A DNA stretch of 63,989 nucleotides, filler included, from Cercozoa sp. M6MM (lineage: Eukaryota > Protista > Endomyxa: Ascetosporea), in NCBI GenBank assembly GCA_040357565.1. It is 8 parts of 8 records of this genome, joined end to end, with 100 filler letters (N's around TTAATTAATTAA, not from the genome) between each part and the next. Parts side by side here need not be neighbours in the genome. Positions count along the whole stretch, not along the records: positions 1 to 10,455 come from JBDODJ010000444.1; positions 10,556 to 30,127 come from JBDODJ010000206.1; 6 more parts are not named here. One strand, 5' to 3'. Under the pieces are notes generated by a model, which worked only from the letters and a program-made list of their open reading frames with translations, made no database searches and was not told where the DNA came from. The position numbers and the translations under genes were made by a program. Positions 1-13,600 of the stretch are shown here, piece by piece. The first letter of the stretch is position 1; every line of letters begins with the position of its first letter.

Positions 1-205
<205 letters not shown>

Positions 206-220
206 GCAACACCGAAACAG

Positions 221-1260
221 TCGGCTTTTCACGTTGGATTTGCGCAGTGATTGCCTGGTCCTTCTGCAAGCCTTCAGAGTCACTGTCACTTTGAACATGC
301 TTCTCGACACTGACGAGGGTAGTTTAAGCTGTTGCAAGCTAAGTTAAAGATGTGAGTTCACACATTGAACAGACTCGTTCAAGGTGGAGAATGGTGCCAG
401 TGCGAAACAAGTCTTCCCCGCGCAGTTGATTTTGGTACACTTTTTGCTTCCTTTTTGGGGTGGGTATGAATGTCGTACCTCAGTTACCGCGTGCGCTGCT
501 GCTGGTGCATCATGGAGACAGCACGGCCGAGACGTTCTTTGGACCGTTGCGCTTGCTGTGTTCCGTGCCGCTTGAGGTTCTCAACGCTGCCGTGGAACCG
601 CCGGTTGTGGGAGGTATCTTGTTTGTCACTTTCATTAAAGAATGTGTATTGAGGATGTTATGGAAACAGGCGATGCTCAACGACGTTCGTTTCGGTGCGT
701 TCTTTTCCTTTTTTTTTTGTTCGCTCCTTAACTTGAGCCTTGTTTTGTGTATGTATATGTGTTTTCAGTGTCGATTCGCCACGTGCACGCTTTGTCGCGC
801 AAGTTCAAGGTATGTCTGTGTCTACTCGCGTGTGTGTCATTCTGGTGGCCCGGTTTACTTGGGCGTGCATTGAGCAGACACGATGCAGCGCGATCGGTGG
901 CTCAGTGCACTGTCGCAGACGTCGCGTCTGGTGCTGCAACGTGTCTGGTGCCTTTACTATATATGTACAAGATTCATAAGTGTATTCTTCGTGCAGTGGA
1001 CTCGAGGAAGGGGATTTAGACGGCGTGGAAATCAACGCTGGTGCCTGCACCTCGCCGCTGTTGGCGCCACTGACACCGGCGATTTCGCCTGCGGAACTGG
1101 ACGACACCACCACCGTGCTGTAGCTGGCGTGCTCGATGTAAGTGCCGTGCGGTGCGTTGGCCAGGCCATAGACTGGGTTCAATTTAATTCAGTTGCAAGT
1201 GATCAATTCGTTCTTCTCGGCCAACCGAACAGCTGAAATGGTACTGTCGTAAAATTGAGA
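221..1260 (+). CDS. 3' part of a spliced gene, possibly PH-domain-containing (5' truncated; end approximate)
   Basis: Plus-strand GT-AG introns separate short exons (RLFTLDLRSDCLVLLQAF; DSFKVENG; ADTMQRDRWLSALSQ). The last resembles the C-terminal Trp helix of PH domains. Confidence 0.3.
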
Positions 1261-1312
1261 CCTGAAGCTATCACTATGTTGCAGTCTTAATTTCTCGGTG
1301 ACTGAAGAGTGC

Positions 1313-1900
1313 TCAACCGAAAGGCCGTGGAGACAAGCCGAAAAAGTACTGCACCAGATGCACAATGTCCACGGCGATGGGCAGAAGGCTGTGCTTAAAG
1401 CTAGAGTAACTTGCATGCAAAGTTGATAGAAAATTAAAGTGCGCACAAGAGAATCGTGAGAGCGGCGCTGATTGCCGCTTCGACCGGCAGCTGCGGTCGT
1501 GGTTTCTTGCGTAAGCGGTGGCCACCTTCTTCGTCAAGCAAGCCCTGTATTCCAGTTCATTCCACGTTTCAAAAACGAGCGCTGGTTCCAAAACGCAGCT
1601 GCGGGGGGACGGTGGTTTTGGGGCATACAGACAGTCGTGGTACCATTGTGGGTCCGTCAGGAGCTTAAAGGCGCTGTTTGGCAAACGGGCCTGCCATCGA
1701 TCATCCCCTGCTGATACAGTTACAGTATCACGATGTAGGACTGATCCCCACTGGACCACTGTAGTGAGCCGATAGAAGCAAAAGATGAGCCGAAGTGCCT
1801 CTGAGTCGGTAACATAACACAGCGCAGGAAGGGCAAACAAAACTGAATGCAACTCGTAGCCCGTCGTCGATTTGCATCCACTTGTGTTCGCGGTTTGTTT
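1313..1900 (-). CDS. hypothetical protein, divergent from glutathione reductase
   Basis: Long open frame 1313..2014 with no recognised motif. Confidence 0.2.
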   Translation of the reverse strand, partial: KQTANTSGCKSTTGYELHSVLFALPALCYVTDSEALRLIFCFYRLTTVVQWGSVLHRDTVTVSAGDDRWQARLPNSAFKLLTDPQWYHDCLYAPKPPSPRSCVLEPALVFETWNELEYRACLTKKVATAYARNHDRSCRSKRQSAPLSRFSCAHFNFLSTLHASYSSFKHSLLPIAVDIVHLVQYFFGLSPRPFG

Positions 1901-2015
1901 GGAAATAGTCGGTGGAAGCGTTTCTTGTTCGTGTTTTTGCAAGAATGACTCGCGGCTGTTGTGCGATGAAGCTTCGATTGTGTGGATCGTTTTCCTGTTT
2001 GCAGAGTTCTCCACA

Positions 2016-3864
2016 ATGGCACAAGAGTTCGACTTTCTGGTGATTGGTGGCGGCAGCGGCGGTCTCGGTGCTGCCCGTCGCGCTGCTTCTTACGGCGCTC
2101 GCGTGGCTCTGTAAGCTTGCGTTTCGCATTGGGGATGGGTGTAAAGATAGAGGGTGTAGAAGGGTAAAGGCAGAGGTGTAGAGTGGCAGGAAGGGCAGGG
2201 TTATGTCTTGGTTTGAGTAGGTTCGAGTCCGGCCGTCTGGGCGGTACGTGCGTCAACGTGGGCTGTGTGCCCAAGAAGGTGATGTTCAACGCCGCCACGC
2301 TGCGCGACAACATGCACGAGGCCGAGAACTACGGCTTCGAAATCTCGGAGGCCTCGGTGCCGCGACTGGATTACGGTGTGCTCAAGGCCAAGCGCGATGC
2401 CTACGTTACGCGACTCAACGGCATCTACGAACGCAACCTGGCCAAGGTAGATATAGTGACTCCCGCTAGATATAGTGACTCCCGCTACCTCTTTGTGCTC
2501 GTATTCTCATTTATCTCCCTCCTCCTTTCCCTCTCTGCAGGACAATGTGACCCTAGTGCGCGGGCACGCGGCCTTCCAGTCGGCACACGAGGTCGTGTGC
2601 AACGGCACGGTGTTCAAGGCGCCGCACATCCTCGTTGCCTGCGGAGGACGGCCGCTGCTGCCGAACATTGAGGGCAAGGAGCACATCCACACGAGCGACG
2701 ACTTCTTCAACTCCTTGGAGCAGCTGCCCAAAAAGACTGCTGTCATCGGTGCTGGCTACATTGCCGTCGAGATGGCTGGTGTCATGCAGGCACTCGGCAG
2801 TCAGGTTCTTCTAGCTCTACATCCTACCCACCCTTTACCCCCCCCCCCCCCCAGGTGAGTCTGCTGACCCGTGGAGCACGCGCACTGCGTCGCTTCGACG
2901 AGATGCTGGGCGAGGAACTGCACGGCCACATNNNNNNNNNNNNNNNNNNNNNNNNNNNNNNNNNNNNNNNNNNNNNNNNNNNNNNNNNNNNNNNNNNNNN
3001 NNNNNNNNNNNNNNNNNNNNNNNNNNNNNNNCCCCCCCCCCCACGAACAGAACGGCGACGTCGTGGGTCCGTTCGACTACGTGCTGGCGGCGATCGGCCG
3101 CGGCCCGGTGTCGCCGTCGCTGCGACTCGATGTGACCGGTGTCAAGACCGATGCGCGCGGATTCATTCGCAGTGACGAGTGGGAACAGGTTGGCTTCTCC
3201 CCCTCCCCTCTCTTACCCCGCCTCCCATACCCCCTTACCCACACAGACCAATGTCGACGGTGTCTACGCACTCGGCGACGTTAACGGCAAGGTCGAACTG
3301 ACGCCAATCGCCATCCGCGCGGGCCGCAAACTCGCCGACCGACTGTAGCCACTTTTTGCCCTCTTTACCCCCGCCCCCTCCCCCGGCTTTACTCATTTTC
3401 CCCCCCCCCCCTCTTTGCAGTTTCGGCGATCAGGCCGACGCCAAGTGCGACTACACGGACGTGCCGACTGTGATCTGTACTGGCTTTACCCCCCCCCCCC
3501 ACACCTCTCCCTTTACCCCCCGTTGCGTTCAGTCTCGCATCCGCCGATTGCGACGGTGGGTCTGAGCGAAGCCGAGGCGCGCGACAAGTTCGGCAGCGAG
3601 TCGGTCAAGGTGTACCGCTCGCGCTTCGTCAACATGTTCTACTCGATGCAGAGCGTGCCGGAACTCAAGCCGCGCACAACGATGAAACTGATCTGCGAGG
3701 GCCCGCAGGAGAAGGTGGTCGGACTGCACATCATTGGTCTCGGCAGCGACGAGATGCTCCAGGGCTTTGGCGTCGCCATCAAGATGGGCGCCACCAAGGC
3801 CGACTTTGACAGCTGCGTCGCCATCCACCCCACCGCCTCCGAGGAACTCGTCACCATGCGTTAA
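2016..3864 (+). CDS. GSR: glutathione reductase (spliced; interrupted by 100-N gap 2932-3031)
   Basis: [16 protein letters not shown], redox motif [18 protein letters not shown] motif [41 protein letters not shown]-terminal [15 protein letters not shown]. Six GT-AG introns restore the frame. Confidence 0.96.
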
Positions 3865-4019
3865 AAGTGTTGCTCGTTGAGTTATGTTACCAACCGATAC
3901 AGTTACCGTACTAAAAAGTCGCGATCGGTTCCTTTAGCACCGAAAATGAAAAAGAGCCATCTGTGTTGAACATTATTTTGCAACTTTGAGCGCTCTTGCG
4001 TGCCTGTCGTTTTGGTAAC

Positions 4020-6312
4020 ATGGCTGTAATCAGCGTGCTCGCTCTCGCAGCTTTTTGTGGTACAGTTTTGTTGTTTTGTTGTTTTGCATTGCAGAGATGC
4101 GCGTCCGGGTGGCTGCGGCAGTAACGGCAGGACTTGGACTCGCTACGTCGGTCGCTCTCTCACGACAGCCAGTGTGAGTTTCCTCTGGCCCAAGCTGCTA
4201 TTAGCATTATCAAAGAATACATGTGTCTGATCGCCAGTGGAGAGGTGTTTGCACTCGAAGGCGTCGACCCCGATACTGTATTTTCCCTGAATCTTCGCTT
4301 TGGTGCCGTCAAAACTAACGTGCTACTTACAGCTTCTCGACAAGCGTTTCCGCGATCGGAAGGAAGAGCTGCAGAGCGCGAAAGCTCCTCCCCATGTCGA
4401 AATGCACGAGGTCAGTTGAGCGAGCTGGGAGGTTTACAAACTGAAAATGTCGCTTTTTCCAGGCACCTTCCGACGCTCCATGGCGCTTTGTGCCTCGCGA
4501 GTACTGGTACCTCGACGAGCATGGACGCTGGCATGTGCGCCCTTTCCGTTCGGCGCAAAAGTTCCAAGCACGTGACGAAACTGAAGTGACCAAGGGTAAC
4601 TTTATTTTTTGTTTTTCTTTGAACAAGCTGAGGATAGCTGTGTGTTTCCACCTGTAGCATTGACTGGCAATACACAGAGCGTGCCAGAAGCGGCGTGTCG
4701 CTCGGCGAATCTGCCGAAACTGGTCCGAGAACTCTCACTGACGCAGTACAATGCGAACGAGCTTTGCGAGGATGCTGTTGCCGTACGCACGTCGCTCAAA
4801 ACCTCCGATGGCGCTTTGTTCGCCGTGTTTGATGGACGTACATTTATTTTTGATGTACACAGAGCTGAACACAGTCAAAAACACTCGTTGGACAGATTCC
4901 GGGCCTCACTGTGCGGCCTGGCTGGCCTCGGAACTCTTCGATGTTCTCGAATGGTTCTCCGTGCAGTCAGATTCGGTACTTTTGCTCTCATTATGCTTTA
5001 CCAACTTGTTTAAAAGCATCTGTGCCCTCAAGCAGGAGAAGAAAAAGCTTCTGAAGGGTGCGAGTCACTTGCGAATGATCCGCGCGGACGACGGATTGAG
5101 TGGAAACGGACCGCTTTTGACCCGTGAAGCCTGTCTTTTTGCGGATCATGTGTTGCTGACGTCTTCGGCGGCTCAAGAGTTGTGGCACGATGCGCTCAAC
5201 GGTTCCTGCGGCGTGATTGCGCATCTGCACGACGATGGACTGCTCCAAGTGGCCAACGTCGGCGACTGCAGGTGTCTCGTCATCTCGCAGTCCTCTGACG
5301 GTGCCTGGCATGCCAAAGCACTCACGCGTGATCACGAAATGCTCGAAAACGATGCTGAACGCGAACGCTTACTGCAACGACACCCAGAGGACGAATATGT
5401 TGTAAATTTAACTTGTTTCTCAATTCAGAATGGACTTTCTTGTCTTGGTTTGTGTCCGCTGATTGTCCGCTATTCGTTCCAGGTGCAACGCATGCGTGTG
5501 AAGGGCCGTTTGCAGCCCACGCGAGTGTTTGGTGATGCGCACTACAAGCGAGCACTCTATTTTTGGTAATTTTGCTGTGAAGTGAAACAACGAGTCTCCT
5601 GCGACGTGGAGTTTTTCAACTTTTGTGTTGCGTGCTTTTGCAGGAGGAGTCATGCTCAGACGCCGAAAAAGTATGCAAAATACCAGGTACAGTTTGTGGC
5701 AGATGTGTCTTTCCGATCCGGTTGTTTCGACTGGGCTCGGTCTGAGTTGCAGAATTGGAACCCACCATATGTGAGTGCTGAAGCCGACGTGCGTCAGCAT
5801 CAGCTCGGCAAGGAAGATCGCTACGTTATTCTCGCGTGCGACGGTTTGTTCCAAGACCTGACGAATGAGGATGTCGCTGCTGCTGTTCAAAGGGTACGCT
5901 TTGCCATCCTCTTTTGCAACCTGACTGTTATGTGTGTGAATTTAGTTCTCAAAGGACAACGAGGGAATGTCGCTGTCGCAGTACCTTGTGCGTGAGGCGC
6001 TGTTGGAAGCTGCGCGAGCTCACTTTGGCAACTTTTCGCGCGAAGCCTTGCTCACGATGATAGGTGCTCTCGAAGGCAAGGGACGTCGTCGAGTTCATGA
6101 CGACGGTACCGCTTGGTTTGAGTGAGATGTTTGTAATTTTCGCGACTTGTGTTTGTGTCTTTTTAGTGACTATCCTGGCGCTGCGAGTTGACTCTGCCAA
6201 CGCACATGCGTCGAAACACGTTGTTGAACAAGAGATCACTCCGCCAGAAAACTCAAAGCTCCACAAGCTCCTTCACTTAAACGAGGAGACCATGCACAAC
6301 TGCGTCATGTAG
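4020..6312 (+). CDS. PP2C-family phosphatase, pyruvate dehydrogenase phosphatase-like, likely mitochondrial (start 4020 or 4097)
   Basis: TQYNANELCED, FAVFDGHSG (across an intron), VANVGDCRC, LTRDH, GRLQPTRVFGD, NPPYVSAEADV, VILACDGLF, RRRVHDD-VTI. The N-terminus is R/A/L-rich. Confidence 0.85.
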
Positions 6313-6419
6313 CTCCAGGCGAGCTGAGCCCGGCCCTTTCTGTTATCGTTTTCTCACTATCAACGCATAAACTATCGGCTGGGTCAGTGGACTAATCGAC
6401 TGACAGTTTACTTGACCAA

Positions 6420-9400
6420 CTTCAGCGAGAGCAGTTTGTGGCTGGGCCCGTTAGCTGTTGATGTGATCGATCGGTGTTGGCTGCTCCATGATAATCAACA
6501 CAAACGGCTGGTTGGTGCTGCCCGGACCTACTGTACGCTCTTTGACGCTCAAGTGTCCCAAAACGTGATATCGTGCTGTGCTCTACGGATACTGACAGAA
6601 ACAAGCCGTACGGGTGTCTGAACTTCGAATGCGAGACAAGGGTATCAATCAACTCGCGGATTGTTGTTTTCCCCAAAAGTAATACGACAATTAACGTTTC
6701 CGCTAACAGAAGGCGTGTCGCAGCTCGACAGTGCTGACCTGGCGCGTCGTCGAGTCATTCGAAACTGGACGCGACTCTTTGTAATATTTTAACATGCTGC
6801 TTTTCGCAGTTGCGCGGTTACTTTTTGCGCGGATCACCAGGTCTGTCTGACTGCCGTGTTGTTGGCGTGCAGCATCGCCCTTGTTCCTCTGTATCGCTTT
6901 TGCTACTCTTGAAGTTCAACTTGCAGAGGGTTTATTGTGTTTATACAGACACTGGAAAGTGGAACAGTATCTGGAATATGCACTGACAGACGACATTGAG
7001 CTGCTGCGAAATGTAAATCCGGTTACGTGCGGTTTCTGTATTTTTTGTTTATTCCCCGAGTACTTTAGCTTCAAGCGCCGACAGGCGAACGCCTGTTGGT
7101 AAATTTCAAACTTCTGCTGGCGTAAAATGCACCATCTGGCAAATGCGAGTATGGTTGTTCCCGCTGTGGACCCACAGGCCCAGTTCACAATGGCAACAAC
7201 TCTGCAAAACGAGAGGGTCGGACAACCATTGTCGCTTGAAGAACGCCAGGTATCTCGCTTTCTCCGACTCTAAATTTTGTTGTCTACGGCAGGCAAAGCT
7301 CATGTTTGTGTGAGCAGAAAAACCAAGAGGAAATCATTGCGCTCAACGTTGAAGCACGAAAGTACTACTTGGCACAAGAGGTATCTTGCAGTAGCATTTT
7401 TGTTCATTTTTTGAATTACTTCTGAAATTAGGACAAGCTGCGAGAACTTGGGGCTAACTCAACCATTATGGGCTACTACGAAGATGTCTTGGTATGTTTG
7501 ACTGCAAGCTGGAAGATGCTAGGTGAACCCACCTCTTTTGATGCCCGAAACGAAAATTTATTCGCAGAGAATTCACGACAGTCAGTCCGAGCTCGAGCTG
7601 TTGGCGCTTGAAAATTCGTCGTCTTTCTACGCCACTTCGGCAGAGTAAATTGTCTTTGTGTATGTCAGTGTGTATGTGTGTCTGTGTCTGTGACTGGAAG
7701 ATGTTATTATTCTTAGGTACATGGATGGCATTCTGGAGCTGGTATATTTTGCCTGACATTGGTTGGGGCATTTCTGCTCGCTTGCTTATGCCTTTCCGTG
7801 CAGTTGGGTCCCGAGGCGAACCTCACGGCTTACGTTGAAGAAACGTTCTACAAGCACCTGGATAAAGCCAACGACGTATCATTTGTTTTACTTAGGTGTC
7901 GATCCTGATGTGTGCGTTTGCGAGTAGTACAGCAAACAGCGCGTGCCTTTGTTTGTTGTGACTTGGACGCTGTTGGGCATCGCCTTCGTTCTCGATGCCA
8001 TTGCGGTAGAACAAAGCAACCGATAGTACCCTGTGTGTGGCGTGTGGTGTGTGGTGTGTGGCGTGGTGTGTGTGTGCGTGCGGGTATTGTGCAGTTACTG
8101 TAAATCTATGCTTCAGCGTGCTTTGTGTAGACGCGTCATATCAAACGCTACGACCTACACTTGGTATGCGAGCTTTTCATTTCCAATACAGCCAAACCCT
8201 ACTTTAATTGAACTGAGATGAGTTTTTTGTGTCGAAACACAGATCGAGATCGCCAAGCGCTCGCATGCGGAAGTGCGCTCGATGGTTCAGGTCGACTTGA
8301 TCTCGATCGACGAGGACACGGAGCAAGACGGTGCCGGAGAAGGTACGTCTCCTGCTGTTTTGTGTGTAAAGTAACCCATTTCCTCTGACTTTCCCTGTTC
8401 AGACAGCAAATCTTCGTCGGGAACGCTGTCGACGTCGTTCTCGCAGGGTCTCGGCAAGGTCGAGATGCGGCAGACCAAGCGAATCTTGCTGGTGGCCGTT
8501 CTTGTTGCCTCGGCACTGGTACGTTTGCCTTGCATTCTCTTTGTCTCGTCGAGATGTCAGAGCATGTTCTTCCCGTGCGTTTCTAGTTAATTGCGGCACT
8601 GGCCGTCTCAACCGACCTGCATGTCAACAAGCACTCGGCAGCAGTCGAGGATGCCAAGTTGGTATGTTCATGACAGATTGCTTTTAACATTCTAGGATAC
8701 TAATGTATTTGAAAATACGTGCTGTTAACTCGCGCCTGCAGATCGGTTGGCCGATGCTGGCGCAACTCGGCGCAGTTGTCTTTTTCTTTGCCGATCGGTA
8801 CAATTGGTTGCCTGTTCAAAAAGGTGCGTTGGCAAGTTGTGTTTGTTCCACTGCAGTGCAATCGCTCTTGCCATGGGAAGTCTCAGCAACGTTGTAAGTT
8901 TCGCAAAAACACGCATACTTGCTGTGACTTGCAGATTGTTCTGTGTTGATGTCACGCAGTTTGTCGAGAATGGTGTCTTGAAAGCAGACGTTCTGGAGGT
9001 CTCTAACAAGTTCTTCGTCAGCAGCAACGTACAAACAAAACTAGTGTTAATGTGTTTGTGTTTCTGTGTGTATGCGCGCGTATCTGTGTCTGTGCTATAT
9101 CTCGGTTTGATCGTAGGGCTTAACGAAGAGTCTATCGACCGCCTTCCCGCTGGTTCATGATCGAATGGTGACTTTAGTTAACATTCAGCGTTGTGTGGAC
9201 GAGGGGAAAACTGTCTGCATTAAATGACTGTACCCTGGGCAGGGACTCGACGAAGCTAACGAAATCACCGATCGTCTGCTAGTTCCGGCGACCCCCGTAG
9301 TTTTCCGCTTTTGCACCGGCGTGCGTGTGTGTGTGTGTGTGAGTGTGAGTGTGAGTTTGTGTGAGTGAGTGAGTGTGTGGAGCTTCCTTTAATGTACATT

Positions 9401-10455
9401 TGTGTGTTTGTGTTACACAGGATGACAGCAAAGTGATTAACCAGACGTCGCTCACACCGAGTTTGCATGCAATGGCTGCCTACCAAGAGGCGGTAATTTA
9501 ATATGCTTGAGCGTCGGTTTGGTACACAGTCTGTTCATGTTGTGCTCAGGTTGTTGATGCGATGATGAACGCTATGAACACCACCGAAGGAGTCGTACCT
9601 CGCCATTTATATGCATATAATATATATATATATATATAAGTTTATATATACTTTTTAATACTGTGTGTGTGTGTGTGTGTGTGTTGCAGCCGTTCTTCAC
9701 CAACGAAACGGAACTGCAATTGATCCATGCTGCCGTTGCTCCCTTCTACGTGGAAGCGTGTATGTCTCTTCTCACTTGTGTCCGTGGGTCATAAAGTTGT
9801 CAACAGTCGAACAGGTCGACGCGGACTTGCTCCGACTGTCAGATATTGCGTCATCAGAGTATGGGGTTCAGTTTGTGTGTGTGTGTGTGTCTGTGTCTGT
9901 GTGTCTGTGTCAATGTCTCTTTGCTGCAGGGTGAAACGACGACGAAACTCTGACAAAAACGCTGCGAAGACAGCGAGTGGTCTGGCGCTGGCCTGCCTCA
10001 TCGTGTTTATTCTGTCGCTTGGTGCTATCGCCTACAGCTCGCGTCGACTGCACCAGCAAGCTCGTGTAAACTTACTTGTACGTGTTGCTGCCGTTTTTAA
10101 ACTACTGCTGCAAGTGTAGGTGCGATTCAACGGTGCCGCCTGGAACCTCAGTCGTGTCTGTAAAGTTGCAACTCACTTGCTTTAAAATACCAGTATCTTT
10201 CGAGCATGTGCTTGTTTTGGTGCGTCTTGCAGTGTCAGACAAGGAGTGTGCTGCACTGTTCCGCGCCTATGTGATCAAACAGGTGAGTTGTGGCCTCTCC
10301 TTGTTGTTTGTGCATGTGTGCGATTTTGACTCAGATGTGTCGTGAAACACTGGACTTCTGCGAGTCGTTGCGTGCCACGCATTTCCAAGGTTCGTGCTTT
10401 GCTCTGTGGCCATATTGGAGCCTCGTTGACTTGAGATGAGATCACTGTCTGCACA
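6420..10455 (+). CDS. multi-exon hypothetical membrane protein(s), 3' truncated at linker
   Basis: Many plus-strand GT-AG introns and hydrophobic exons (KRILLVAVLVASAL; WPMLAQLGAVVFFFA; GLALACLIVFILSLGAIAY). No family recognised; boundaries uncertain. Confidence 0.4.
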
Positions 10456-10555
10456 NNNNNNNNNNNNNNNNNNNNNNNNNNNNNNNNNNNNNNNNNNNNT
10501 TAATTAATTAANNNNNNNNNNNNNNNNNNNNNNNNNNNNNNNNNNNNNNNNNNNN
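10456..10555. other. artificial contig linker N44-TTAATTAATTAA-N44; same at 30128-30227, 50166-50265, 56194-56293, 59283-59382, 60644-60743, 62890-62989
   Basis: An identical 12-mer with stops in all six frames is centred in each 100-nt gap. Genes on either side are unrelated and truncated. Confidence 0.95.
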
Positions 10556-10608
<53 letters not shown>

Positions 10609-13600
10609 GCGCGCCTTCAAGATACCTGTCGTTTCTTCGATGTTGAAGCACGTCTTTTGCATGTGCTCCGGAGCGAATAACGGCCACAAGCCAATGCCCT
10701 TTAATATTGAAGTCAAGCATCAACACAACAAAACCAAGGTAATTTTGTGATTTACAACAAACGACGAAGCCATCAAGAACTTGTGCACCCAAACACTACG
10801 CGACGGTGGAAAGATCTTGCGGAACACTACGCCATTTACTCGTGTTCAGGCGCATTCAAGAAACTGGCGTACCTTTAATGCATTGGGAGCGTTCCACCTC
10901 CGGCTCGCCTTTCAATTGACCTGAATCAATGCGAAAGTCGAAAAACTGCAACGCAAACTCACCAGGGCTAAACTCACTGGGAACAAGTTTTTCCATGCTC
11001 GCTGATGCGGGTTATGTGCAAAGCTAACGGCACCAACAGTTTTGCTTCAGTTCCGAGTTCGAACCCTGCGCCTGAGGTCAACTTCGTCTGCCGAGTGGTC
11101 CACGCGGACAGCAAAAACAAAAAACTCCCAACCCCAAGCGCATCGGTGCAAATACATGTGCATGCCTTCAACTGCAAGTTTACTCTCAAAGCCGACTGAG
11201 CTATGGAAAATACTTGTCCTACAGTCACGGTAGTTCTCCCGTCAGTTGCGGCATCGCCCATTCCAACATTAAGCAGCACGATTTCACCTTAAACGCGACA
11301 AACAGGGACTTGCCTGTATAGTGTTTAGTATATTTAACGTGAAGACACGGACTAAAGTCGTGCAAACCGTCAGTTATACTTCGCAGGCAGAAAAAAACAC
11401 AGACGCACACTGTCGCAGCTGCGGATAGACACTGACGGCTGAAGCAAAGAGCGAACTGCGGCGATGCATGTGCACAAATATTGCACAGAACTGTTCGCGT
11501 GTGACGCCGCTAGAGTCCTTGCCGAACTTGTCGACGACGTCACACAGAAGCTCGAGCCTGTTTGGGCAGAAGAAGTGCACTAAACAAATGCAACCGGCTT
11601 GAGTTCGAACAAGTTGCTGCCAAAGCGAAAGCACGAGCTCTCCTTGCCAGTCTGTAGCCGTTTGTGACGATTGCAGAGTTTTGTGATGCTTTTTCTTGCC
11701 AGTTTCGAACTGAGTCCAGAATTCGAAAAGCATGCGCTTCATCGACTTGAGTTTGAGCAGTTCGGATGCGAAAGTGTTCACGGAAGCAAAGAGAATCTAT
11801 CAGGTCCGGGGAAGCACGCTGTTAATTTAAGTAAATATAGAGTTATATATTTCAATTTACCACAAGAGCTTTCGCGAAAAAAGTGCCAGTTCCGAGCAAA
11901 GATATGCACAGATCACGTGTGTTTGGTAGCACGTAAAGCTGCTTCAGTTGCTCGCTGTCCTGAAGTACTGCAAGCAACAGTTTCTGCAGTGACACCTTTG
12001 CGATTTGCCGACGCGACAACTGCGCCACTTTGGCGAAAGCTTCGTCACGACGAAGCGCTTGTTGACACTTGCGCAACTCAGAAAGACTAAATTGTCTCAC
12101 TCGAGTCGTCAATTCATTGAAAGCACCAATTTCTGTTTTCCTCGACAAAGCACGCTTCCACAAAGCGATGAAGATTGTCGGGAAAGTCAAAACACTCGCT
12201 GCACAGTTCAGTCTTGTTTCTTCGCGTATTAGTTTCGCGAGTGGCTCTGGAAACACCTCTCAGTTCGTTTGAGCACTTGTTAAAGTTTAGTCAGTAGAGT
12301 ACCAAGGTTGTTTTCATCACATGCAGCTTGAACAACAAGTGTCTTCCACGCACTGTGACTTAATTCAGTCTCAGTTTGCGAGTCGAACTGCGCATTGACT
12401 TTGGTTCTGAGGAGAAAAGCATCAATCGCAACGCTTGACTCCGACGGAAGCTGTGAACAAAGGCGAAGCATTGATGTGCAACACCGTCGAAACAGCAGTT
12501 GTGTATCTCTCGAATGCTGATGGAGAAGCCGGAAAGCACAGCTCAGACTGTCAACGAGTGGCAGTTCCGTCCAAAGTTCCATCTGGAAAGCCAAAGCTTC
12601 GACAAGTTGTTCGACACTGTCGCCAACGAAGCAAAGTAACCGCTGCTGTTGCAAGAGAGTTCGTAGCAGAATCAGCAGTTTCGGGTGTTTCGCGAAACTT
12701 TTCGTTGCTGCTTTCATCACGTGGGGCAACATTTGAATTTCGATTCGAGTTAATTCACTTGCCAGCGTCGACAGGAGCAGTTCACTGACTTGCGTATGGA
12801 CCAGAGCAACTCCCTTCCGTGTGCTTCCGATCCGAAGCAGTTGCAGTGCCATCTTGTGCCACGAGTCGTGTGCTGTCGGGACATGCGAAATTAAATTCGA
12901 GCACACTCGCAACGCGAGTCGAACGCTTCGCAATGAAACAAAGTCGCTTGACTCGTCGAGTGCAGTTTCAAACACTCGTTGACAGACGTTAACAATGGTT
13001 TCAACACTACCCGTGCTAAAGAAAGCCATGTTTTCGAGCTTGCAAAGAGAGTCCAAAAGACACTGAGTCAGCTCAACTGACACGCTTGTCCAATTTGAAG
13101 CTTCTCGCAGAGTGGCGAGCAGTTCCTTGTCTCCGTGATTCAGAGTTTTCTGTAGTGTGAAACTTCCACGTTGCAAAAGAAAAGCTTGTGCCAGGTCGCA
13201 GTTCAGCAGTCGATTGCACTCGAAATCGACACGATGCGACATTTTTAGGTCTTTGAAAGCGTTTGCATGCGCACGCTGAATCACACAGCGCAACACTGAA
13301 GCAGCACGCAGCGTGCCCATCGAATCAATACTTTGCAATAGTTTGCCGAATCTCGCAGTGATTGGGAAGGCAGAAGGCAGCTTTAACTGCTCCAAAACAA
13401 AGTTGCGAGTTGCTTCGCCACAAACTTTCAGCTTTTCGACCAGCACGTCGAGTTCTTCGTCTTTCGAGAGCTGGCGCTGTTTCAAGAAACAAGGCCTGCC
13501 ACTAAATTCGGAGATGCACGCCTCGCGACGCAGTTTGAGCAGCAAGCACGCCAGAGCTGGCAGACTTCAGTTGGAACAGCTCCGATCGCAGAACAAAGCT

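Noticed and set aside
10500-10511. Recurrent TTAATTAATTAA motif
   Set aside because: It is always centred in N gaps, so it is an assembly linker rather than biology.
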